DNA from: Macrostomum lignano
Lineage: Eukaryota
Assembly (NCBI GenBank): GCA_002269645.1
Contig: NIVC01002802.1
Span: 75,386 to 139,385, forward strand
Direction of reading: 5' to 3'
DNA length: 64,000 nucleotides
The notes beneath the pieces were generated by a model. The model saw only the letters and a list, made by a program, of their open reading frames with translations. It was not told the DNA's origin and searched no databases. This document shows positions 39,631-55,500 of the stretch, one piece after another (the first letter of the stretch is position 1; each line of letters opens with the position of its first letter). The position numbers were made by a program, and so were the translations under genes.

Positions 39631-40303
39631 AAGCAAAACTATTAATTTCCACAACGGATCGCAACGTGGGTGGTGGGACAAAGCATTGGCAGGTCCCCCT
39701 TGTCCTCCCCCCCCCGGTGGCGACGCCTCTGAACTAAGCAGTTGTTCCGACTTTACAGGTGCCCAGCTCAAATCTCAAAGCCAAATTGCGCGTGCAGCGC
39801 CGAGTGGAAATCTAATTAGACTAAAATGTCCAGCAGCTTCTTTACTACTAATTGAGAAGCTCACACGAATGACGGGCAGCCTTTTTGAGGACGAACATAA
39901 TTGGAAACTGGGCACGGCAGGGCGCGTTGTCTATTAGGACAAATTGGCAAATTGATAAGCATTGTAGCAGTTCTTAGTCAGCTGAATTTTTTGAATAGGC
40001 TGCATTAACTTTCGTCATGACCATTTTTACATTTAGTTATTTGTAATCCCAAATGATATTCGTAGTTAACTCAATTTTGTTCTGTTTTACTTACTTACTT
40101 ACTACTGACGGGGGGCGCAGGCGCCGCGAATAGGCCGCGAGGCCCCTATCGCAACCCCAAGGTAAAAGAGCACAAGGATTAGCCTTGGGGGTGCGCCCAG
40201 TCCCCGCCAGTAGTCGGCAGGTCCGCAGTGGAGGCATCGGCGACCCTCATCCGGCCGGAGTCCCGGACGAAGGCGCGGAGGTCTCGGATATTGTCCGCGG
40301 TGG

Positions 40304-45000
<4,697 letters not shown>

Positions 45001-46519
45001 CTCCTACTGATAATCTTCTGTGTTATCTCTTTTCAGCTCGTCTCCTGTCCTCTATATCTTTAGAATCTTCTCGTCTCATTTTCACTACCCATTCAAATCC
45101 CCTCTTCAATTTTCAGTACTTTAGAAATTGGGGACTGCTTGATAAAAAGAAGCAAAGAAACAAAAGCAGATACGAATTTACATTTTTAACAAATCAAATC
45201 ACATCTTATCGTGAAAAAGCTACAAAATTAGCTCGTATTAATAGTAAACGAATAATAGCTCACAATAAAAAAATAAGTTTATTACATCGGTGTACACAAA
45301 TTAAAACAAAAGTGCAAACATTTTAGGCACATCTGCAGCAGTTAAAAGAGAAACTGTAAAATGTTTGTTTTTTCGAACAAAAATATTCTAAAGCTCTGAT
45401 CCTAAACAGCTTTATGCTACGCTTTTTCGTGAAAATACAAGTTAAAGAATTTTTACTTTTGAAACAACAAAAAGGCCCGACAAAATTGACACCGTAAAAA
45501 ATTGGACACATTAAAACAAATTTTTAAAAAAGTTACAGAAACACAAAAGCAACACATTGAAAGCAACGAAAAATCAAGAAGAAGCCAAAATCAACAAAAC
45601 AACACAAAAATTTAGGAGAACAACTCAATGATGCAGAAAATTTGCAACAGCTAAAAATTTCCAGCTGCGCGCAGTGGAGCAATTGTTTCAATAGCTTTTT
45701 AAAAGCGGAAAATAGTTAGCAGAATTATTCGTTACACTGAGCAATATTTTTGTTTTTAGTCGAGAACAAAGGGGCTGAGCAAAAGCAGCAGATGAGTTCA
45801 AATGAAGTAATAATCATGAAAAGATGGAAATAAGCAAGCATTTACAACTTGTACTTATAACTTGTGAAGCCTATGAAATAGACAGTCGAAACTTTGAAAT
45901 TTTACTAAAAGAAAACTAAAAACTAAAACAAAAGTATTGATGCAATGGCGGTAGAGAAGAAATGAAAATGCTATGCTGTGGTATACCGATATGTTGTGAA
46001 GTTAGCAAAAATTGTGATTTAAAAATTAGAAAGCAAATAACAAATATTTTTAATGTGAATTCAAATTTGCTGCATATAGAAAACAATTTTGTACGTTTTA
46101 AGCTACTGACATGCAGCTAGCAAGTAGCATTTATCACATTTTTCGCTATTTTTTATTGTTGAGAAGAAATAATAATAAATAGTGGATTATATTTTCCGAC
46201 AGATTTTGGAGTGACATCAAACGGGCAAGACAAGCGCAGTGCGGCATGATGCTTAGGCAATTAGGCAGAGAAAATGACAATATCGGTGCAAAAACAATCT
46301 GCAAGAAAATATTACGTATAGAGAAATGAACAAAAGAATTTTCAAAGGCACTTCGAATATCATTGCGTAAGCAGTTTCTATTTGAGAGCTTTAGCCATTT
46401 GGCATGAAGATAAAAATTTTAACAAAATTCCAAGCAAAGCACAAATAATAGTGGTTTCTGATTTCACCAAACAAATAAAGTAGGACTCTTTCTAAGACTG
46501 AGAGTAACTTAGGGTCTGA

Positions 46520-46745
46520 CTCTCAGGATTGAGCAGTTTGGGATCGAACTCCCAGATTCCATGGGATCAGGATTGAGCAGTTTGGGATCGAACTCCCAGA
46601 TTCCATGGGATCAGGATTGAGCAGTTTGGGATCGAACTCCCAGATTCTATGGGATCAGGATTGAGCAGTTTGGGATTGAACTCCCAGATTCTATGGGATC
46701 AGGATTGAGCAGTTTGGGATCTAACTCCCAGACTATGGGATCAGA
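46520..46745. repeat. 44-bp minisatellite GGGATCAGGATTGAGCAGTTTGGGATCGAACTCCCAGATTCCAT (~5 units)
   Basis: Tandem units. Confidence 0.93.
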
Positions 46746-46784
46746 ATTGAGTAATCTCGAGTAAATTCTCCAGTCGGTCGTTCG

Positions 46785-47471
46785 TCACAGCCGCTTTTTG
46801 GCGCTGGTGGCCGCCAGCGAGGATGCATCGAAGGAGGCTGAGCCGGCGCTGCCGCTGCGGTGCGCGGAGTACACCACCCCGCTGCTGAACATTCGGGCCA
46901 TTTCCGTGAGCCGCTGGCTCGGGGAGCGAACCCGGGCCGACACGGGCGGCAACGGTGCGGGATGCTGGTTGGTGTCCTCCGATTCTGGAATTTCCGTTGA
47001 AGCTTCAGCAGCCGCAGCCGCAGCCGCGGCAACTGTGGATCTGGTGGTTCTCAGCTGCTGCTGCTGGTGATGATGATGCGTTCCCATGGAAACGGTGCGA
47101 CGCAGGCCGCTCTGCGAGTGCCAATTAGGGCTCGGGATCTGTCTGGTGAGCAGTTCAGCCAGAGGGCTCTGTCTGGGCAGCCTGCGCAATCCACCATCGT
47201 CTGGTGGGACAGATGCTGTCGCAGCTCCGGTCGGGTGGTCCCTTCGCGTTGCAGTTGTGGCTGATGGCCGCCGAATCTGGGGTAGAGCCCGCGACCTCAG
47301 GGCCGGAGGCGGAGCGGCTGGTCCGCCATTTGGCACAAGGGTTGTCGGCTGCTGCTGCTGCTGCTGCTGCTGAGGATGCTTACTAGTGGGGTCGGCTGGG
47401 TGTTGCCAGTTTGACTGATGGCGACCAGTTGCACCGTTGGAGCGCCTGTCTGAGGATCGAGCTGGGTCCAT
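46785..47471 (-). CDS. Hypothetical low-complexity protein (poly-Q, poly-A, Pro/Ser-rich), or exon of an unrecognised gene
   Basis: 228-aa ATG-initiated ORF in a GC-rich island inside AT-rich DNA; no recognisable domain. Confidence 0.45.
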   Translation of the reverse strand: MDPARSSDRRSNGATGRHQSNWQHPADPTSKHPQQQQQQQQPTTLVPNGGPAAPPPALRSRALPQIRRPSATTATRRDHPTGAATASVPPDDGGLRRLPRQSPLAELLTRQIPSPNWHSQSGLRRTVSMGTHHHHQQQQLRTTRSTVAAAAAAAAEASTEIPESEDTNQHPAPLPPVSARVRSPSQRLTEMARMFSSGVVYSAHRSGSAGSASFDASSLAATSAKKRL

Positions 47472-49524
47472 AATATGTGGAATTTGTACGTCTCTACTGC
47501 ACCGGACAGCAGAGGCGGACGGTTAATTGTGTGGCATTGTTTCTCAGTAAAAGTCGGAATAGCAATAGTACAAGCTTTGAATAGAAATTATTTGATTTAT
47601 GAGCTAGCTTGATGTAGGTAAAATATTTATATAATCAGTGCAAATGGCTTTGTATTTTGACAATTGGGTAAATTTTTATTTAAATTTTTATGACTATGAT
47701 TAAATAGTTTAAGCCAATAAATAAGTATAACAAAGTGGAGCTTTTATAATTAAGGGATAAAATATGATACATGGTTAATCCTAAACTTCTAAGAAAATGA
47801 AAAAAATATGAACCTCTATTTTTCATATACTAATTTACTTAACCAACTTGTATCAAATAAATTGTTTTCCTAATTTTACTGATTTTTACTGTGTACTTAT
47901 TGGTTATTATCCCTTTTACTAGTCTATTATTTAAGGTATATTTGAAAGCATATTATATTTATGTTCAGTAATGTTCAGTAATTATTGAAAATCCAAAATT
48001 ACTTCTAACAGCAACCATTTTAGAATAGAGAACTTTTTGTAAATCATTAATTCATAGTGATTAGAAGATAGATCATAAATGAAATAAAAACTTTTTTTTA
48101 TTTTTTGAGATTTCGGGTTTATAGTTTTGTAGACTAATATTATTTTAAATCCGCACCAAACATATACAACAGTCTAAAAATAAATTCATCTATTCTGACA
48201 TCCAGAATTTCTTTATTTTCTAGTCACAGCAACATATGTTCAGAAGTCATAATGGTAATCGACTGTGAAAATGGTAATTGTACCAAAAGTAATTAAAATG
48301 TACAAGTTCTTGTACCTGTACCTGGGGGCGGGTTTTACGTTGAAAATAGGACCTAACTTCGCGAGTTAAAATGTCAATGTAACCAGCAAAGCGGTAAAAC
48401 AAATAAAGTATTATCCTATAAAACTTTAAATAGATAGCATACTTTGACGTATGAAAATAAAATTAAAAAGTAACAATCTACATTTACTAACTATTTAAAG
48501 CGAAGTTGGCATCCATTGTTGCTAGTACGAAATGCAGTTCCTAAGAACAGCAATTTCTCTTTGAATAATTTATATCAATACTTTATAGAATTCCATTGTA
48601 TTTCTAAAAAAAGCATAAATGAAACTTTTTCTATATCTGCTATCCGCAAGTCACTAAATCTGACACTGAGGGCAATGAGGGCTTGAGAATTCGTGTACGC
48701 TGGTAAAAAATGTACTTTTATAAAAACAAAGTACGCAGGCAATAAGGACTTCATCAAGTAAAAGGATGGGATACTACATTTCATCTTAAATTTAAGTAGG
48801 CAGGTTTTACCAAAAAATACATTACAGAGAATGGAAGTTTTCACGATATAGAAGGCAGACCGGCCAAATTATCTCTTGATTCTGTAACTTGTACATGTAT
48901 ACTTGTAAATTGTATATGTCCGGCCGTCTTCCCTTAGCTCTTTCTGTGTACGCCTCGCAGATGTCTATCATGCGCATTCGCCCCGTGATATTCTCGATCA
49001 ATCAACTGTGAAGCTACTTACTTCAGAGTGCAGCTATAATTTACCCGCATCACCCATGGAATCGATCGTATAAGCTGGGACGTTTACAATTGGATACGGT
49101 TCACGCGATAGAAATTTATCGAGATGCATATGCATGCAAGCTCCATTGAGCTTACATAACAATATCTTCGCATTTTCTAACAATGGGAGTCAATTTTTTC
49201 AAGCTTGGGTTCCCTAGCTGGAATTAGGCAGAAAGAAAATAGCGGATATTCTAACAAGGCTTCTTTTGGTAGTTGTTGATCGATACTTTTCACGCCTGTG
49301 AGTCTTCAATGGAAGGTAGCTGATGCAGATAACAGTCTAGCTGTGTCACCATGGCAAATATTTGATGTTTGATCGGTATCTCAGTCATCACCATCAAGCT
49401 ACAGTATATAGTTTATAAAAGTATAAAAACATTGAGGGTACTTGGCAGAACAAGTAGGAAGAGTTTGAATTAATCGAAATTGATATACCGTCAGTGTGAC
49501 TTGATTGAGGAAACTCAGATAAAA

Positions 49525-52500
49525 ATGCTGCTAACTCGTCCAATTCTGGGAGTTTTTCTCATTTTTTCACTTGGCAGGAATGCTGATGGTAAGTGTTGCA
49601 TCGTCATCTGTTATTTTCATGCGTGAGAGTCCATAAAGTTCAATGAAAATTTGTCTTCATACAGCAACTTTGATAGATGTTCAGCCGAGTAATAAACGTC
49701 GTTATATGCGTCGGTGTCAGTCATGTCGTTTATCAGCGACGTCCATCGACTTCGATCGTACATCGCATATATACAGTGTATGTGCGTAGACAGACATAGG
49801 AGTGTTGTCAATAAGGTTCCCGTTTTCAGTTTAGTGCATTTAAACAAAATCTGACGGAATTTTTTGCTAACGAAAAGATTCATGCATGTACTTGTAGGTA
49901 GTCACTGAAATGGCACGCGAAGGCGTATTCAGCATGCCAGTGAAGTATGAGACAGACTAGGCCTACGAGCTAAGGTCTGCGATGCTTCACGCCTGCCCCC
50001 ATCTTCAGCAGGTCAAGGCTGGTGGGAGGTCTGCACCCTCTATTTGCCTCTGGCAGCCGCAGACTCCCCCACGCTGTCTCGCAAGTCGACCCAGGGGTAC
50101 TCGTCCCCGCGTGTGTTCAAGGCAGACCCTAGGGCTGCTGGACAGACTGGGCTCCGGCGCTGGCGACCCTATCCAGTGGCTTCGGCCGAATTTGGGTATG
50201 CGGGTCTGGCTCACCAGCCTGCAGGCCGTGGTACTGCTTAACGTACCCTCTAATGCCTAAGGTGTTTGACCGTGCCGATGGGCTGGAAGGCCGGGGAGTA
50301 GTCCGGTCGCTAGCGGTCCTTTTTTCAAACCGGCTGGCTTGAGGTGTCGGCCAGTCGGGTACTCAACTCGCATAACGAGTAGCCCTCCCCCGCTTTTCAG
50401 CTATGGCCACTAACGCCACCATCCCTAAAGAAACTGACCCGGTCGCCTCTGGCTCACCGGGATCAGCCGCTCCGGTAGCTACCACTGGTAGCACCAACGC
50501 CCAACCTGGTCCAACCGGGCCAGCTGACGCTGCCGCCGATCACCCTGGCCGCCAGTCTAGCCGACCGCGCACGGCCGAGTCTCGACGACAGCGGAACATC
50601 CGCCGCAACCGTAAGCGGCAGGAGAAGCGGGCTGCTGCTGCGTCTGAGGAGGGCACGCAAGCCGCGGTGAGGCCTTCGGGAGCCACCGCAGCGGGGAGGC
50701 CCTCTGGGGAGTCCGGTGGCGCGGCTGGGCCGTCAGGAACCGCCGTGTCCTCGGGCTCTCAGGGGGGCAACCCTGCCGGCCTACCGCCTTCCAAAGACAA
50801 AGCGGCCCCGCTCAAGACCTCCGAGTCCTACGCGTCCAAGGTCAAGCAGCCGCTGCAACCCGCCGTGATGATCCTCGGCGGGGATTTCGACCTGACGCCC
50901 GAGCAGCTCGACGTCGCGTGGCGTACCATCGACGAGGGCTTGCTCAATCTAACCCTGGAGGGCGTCTTCGTGGACATCGTCAAGTCCACCAAGGCGAACG
51001 GGTGCATCCTACTGTGGTGCAAATCCGAGGAGAGCACCCAGCTCCTGCGGGATCAGCTGCCCAAGTTCGACTGGCACAGCGACCTGGGCCAGCTGACCTT
51101 CGCCTTGGAGAGCGAGCGGCCGAAGACCATCCGCCATCGGATTTGGGTCCCGGCCGACAGTGCAATCAAGTCCGGGGAGCAGCTGCGGCAGCTCCTGCTC
51201 AAGCGGCACCCGGATCTCGACGCCAGTGGTCTTGTGTACCACAGCACGGTCCGCAAGGGCACGACCGGGGCCACAGTCATCCTCGGCCTGACGGAGGGAT
51301 GGGCCAAGCGGCTACCGCACGGCACAAACCTCCACCTTGGTCTCCATCAACTGACCATCCTCCGCTGTGAGGAGGGCAAGGTGGAGACCAAGAAAGACGG
51401 GAAGCGCGCCGCTCCCGGAGCTGGGGCTCATGCCCCGCCGGCCAAGCGGCAGCAGCAACCCGATCCCGAGCCTAACAAGGCTATTCGCGCTGCTGAGTCC
51501 GCCTCGCGCGGACGTAGACCCGCCCGCAGTAGCCGGCGGTCCGGTCTAATCCAGCGCGCACTTGACGAAGCTCAGTCTCTGAGACTTCACCTCGAGCAGA
51601 CTCGTGCCGCTCGAAAAAACACTGAAAGCCAGCCGAGGGAACTGGACGACGGCACGGCTCAGCCTTCCAACTGGTGGGATTACCACCAGGAGGACGCTGC
51701 CGGCCGAGCTCAGACTCCCGACGGCGGGGCGCAAGGCGAAGGCAGCAGCCGTACCCCAGTCGCTGGGGAGGAGGGCGGTGTAGCGCGGCTAGGTGACTCA
51801 CCTGCCGTGGGCGCCGTGTCCGCCTCCGCGGCGGCTGGGGAGGCGGCTGAGCCTGAGCCAATGGAAATTGGCGACTCAACTCTCACCGATGAGGCTGAGA
51901 ATGAGTTGCTTTTCTCCTCCCCTGGACAGTAGACATGACTGTCTCCCAGGGCATCCACTGCTTGCAGGTCAACCTGCAGCACAGCATTGCTGCTTCAGTC
52001 AACCTCTTGAAGCACACTGACCAATACGTGCCAGGGATTATCCTTATCCAGGAACCTTGGACGCTTAGGGGCAGCCCCCAACATGTCCCCACCGGCTACC
52101 AGTGTTTAACCGCTGGTACCCGGGAGGGAAACCTGGCACCAAGATCCTGCATCATGGTGTCCAGTTCTATTAACGCATGGCTCAGATCAGACCTGTCCAC
52201 CAGGGACATCTGTGTCATCCAGTCTGAAGACATACTCCCTGGGAGGACTACCCTCATCGCCTCGGTTTACCTACCGGGCGACGGCGAGATGATCCCAGTA
52301 GAGCTTGTCACACTGGTCGAGCTCTGCTCCACCAGAAACTATGAGCTGCTCGTGGCAGGTGACATCAATGCCCACCACACCCACTGGGGCAGTTCTGATA
52401 TAAACCAGAGAGGTGAAGACTTCCTGGCTTATATTGCTACTACAACCCTTGAGTTCTGTAACTCGGGTAGTACCCCTACCTTCAATAACGGACGCCGATC

Positions 52501-55500
52501 GGAGGTGCTGGATGCCACCCTCGCCACGCCCAGGCTCTTCCAGAGCACTAGGGAATGGCGGGTGCTTCCTGAGGCGTCCCTCTCCGATCACAAGTTCATC
52601 TCTTTCACGCTGGCCAGCGCCCGTAACGCAGGCCAGCTTTACTGGAAACGGAATGCTAGGAATACCGACTGGACCGCCTTCAGGCTTGCCCTGGAGGAGA
52701 CCTATCGTTGCACTAGCGCTCCAGTCTCCATCAACACCTGCGAAGAAGCAGATGAATTTGCGGCCGCACTTACGGACTCGCTCACTGCTGCCTTCGAAGC
52801 CTCATGCCCACTAAAGGCATATAAAGGCAAACAGTCGGCCCCATGGTGGAACCCGCAGCTTGGCGACCTCCGTCGCAGAGCCAAAAGGCTTCACCGCAGG
52901 GCCCAAAAAACTAAAAACCCGGCCGACCAAACCGCCTACCTGAACTCTATCCACGAGTTCAAGAGGCAGGTTAGGAACGCCAAAACCAACAAGTGGCGCG
53001 AATACTGTGAGGAACTTGAGGGCTCCCGCCCCACCTCCAGAATCGTTAAAGCCCTCACCCTGGACAAAATGTCCAAACTCTCCTCAGTCAAGAGAGCCGA
53101 CGGCTCGCTCACTGAGAACCCAGGAGAAACACTGGAAGCGATGCTAACAGCGTTTTTCCCGAACGAGCCAGCTAGGCCCGGCCCCCCTGACCACTCAGTG
53201 GGCGGACACGTACTGGCTGACTCAATCATCACGGAGGACCGCGTTACTAAAGCTGTCTCCTCCTTCAAACCCTTCAAATCCCCAGGACCGGACGGCGTTG
53301 TGCCAGCCTTCCTGCGGGAGGCGGTGAAATGCACCGGTTTCCTGCGGAACCTTTGCCGGCTTCTGAAAGCCTGCATTGTGCTCGGCTTTGTTCCGAAATC
53401 CTGGACCGAGGCCAAGGTGGTCTTTATCCCCAAGCCTGGCCGACCGGACTACCGGTCCATTAAATCCTTCAGACCAATTAGCCTCACCTCCTCATTGGTG
53501 AAGCTGTTAGAGAGACTGGTGCTCTGGCGCCTCCTCTCTGTGGAACTGAAGAACAAGCCGCTCAGTGAGAACCAGCATGCCTTTCGGGCAGGCAGGTCCA
53601 CGGAGAGCGCGCTTCACGTTCTGGTTGACATGCTGGAGAAAGCCGTTCTTGGTAATGGCTACGCTCTCGCTGTCTTCCTCGACATTGTTGGAGCCTTCGA
53701 TAATGTCCTCTTTGAGGCCTTTGACAGAGCTCTACGTGCTAGAGGAACCCACTCGCACCTCACCCGGTGGATCATGTATATGATCAGCCACCGTACTGCC
53801 ACCGCACACCTGTTGGGCCACCAACGGACGGTAACCGTCTGCAAAGGCAGCCCCCAGGGCGGTGTCCTCTCTCCAGTTCTCTGGAACATGGTCATCGATG
53901 AGCTCCTCCAGGACAGCCATCTTGACCCCATCCTCAAGGTCGGTTACGCCGATGATGTCACAGCCGTGGCATCCGGACCGTCACCTGAAACCCTTAGAGA
54001 TCTTTTGCAAAACTTCATTCGCTCTGCTGAACGTTGGGCGGACAGGTGCGGCCTCAGGCTCTCCGAGACCAAAACTGTCGCGATCATGTTCACCAGCAGG
54101 GTAAACTGGCGTATTCGCCCACTAAAGCTTTACGGGGTGGAAATTCCATCCTGCAAGCAAACCAAGTGTCTCGGCGTTACGCTGGACCACCGGCTGAGCT
54201 GGTCCACCCACGTCCAGGCCAAAACCAAAAAAGCCCTCGCGATTCTTGCGCAGCTGCGCAGAGCCGTCGGCACCACCTGGGGCCTCACCCCAAAGCGTCT
54301 CTGGTGGATCTATACCGCAATGGTCCGACCGGCCGTTACATACGCCGGCCTGGTCTGGACCAGCGCCTTGCAGATTAAAACCTGCCACGAAGCCCTCAAA
54401 AAGGTGCAGGGACGTGCGTGCCGCATGATCCTGAATGCCCCGCTCTCTGCTCCCTTTGACGGCCTCAACGCCTTTCTCTGCCTCCCGCCTCTGGACATCT
54501 TTGTCCGTCGCGAGGCTGCTAAAACCACCCGCCGGCTCATCGAGGCTGGTGTTAGCTTCAAGCCACAAAGAGCGATGGCGAAGCGCAAGCTCCTGCCGCA
54601 CTCTGACCTGTGCCTTAAAGTTCTGGAGGAGAGTGGGAGTGCGGCTGTCCTTTCGGACGCTGAACCGCGCTCCCTCAACCTCTACCAACGCTTCAAGGTC
54701 ACGATCCCCTCCAGGGAGAACGCCAACGACAGCTGGGCCCCTCAGGAGGTTCACTGCTTCACTGACGGATCCTCCAAAGACGGTTTATCCGGCTTTGGAG
54801 TCTGCATCCTTATCAACGGCCGCGTGATTGCTACTCACGCCCAACACACTGGCAGACTCTCCAGCGTCTTCCAGAATGAAGTCCTTGCCATCAGCTCCTG
54901 TGCAGCTGAGCTCCACCGCAAGGACTTCAAGGACAGAAGAATCTTCTTCCACTCTGACAGCCAGGCCGCTTTACAGGCCCTGTGTCACACCACTACGAAC
55001 TCCCGAACAGTCCGCGACTGTATCGGGCAGCTCAACAAGCTGGCTCGGAGGAACACCGTCCGGCTCACGTGGATCCCAGGACACGCCGGCTTCAAAGGTA
55101 ACGAGCTCGCCGACTCCCTCGCTAAGGCGGGCTGTTCCGGCTCGCCCCTTGGCCCCGTGCCCCTGGCCCCCATCCCCGCCACAGTCATTAATCGTCAGAT
55201 TAACGACTGGGCGGACATCCTGCACTTGCGCAGATGGGATGGTATCTCCAACTGCCGCCAATCTCGTGCGGCAGTGCCCAATCCGTCCCTCAAGCTGCGG
55301 AGAATCCTTTTGAATCAAAATCGAAAAGATATCCGCGCTCTCACTATGACCTTCACAGGTCACGGTTGCTTTGCCAGGCACTGCTTCCTCCGATGTGTTC
55401 GCCGGAGTGAACTCTGCCCCTTCTGCAGCCTCGAGAATGAAGATGCCATGCACTTCGTCTGCTACTGCCCGGCCTTCAACCGAGACCGGCTCAACCACCT

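Noticed and set aside
38205-39736. MITE shell around the 21-bp array
   Set aside because: Right end resembles a CAGAGGCGTCGCC TIR but the left match is poor and no TSD was found.
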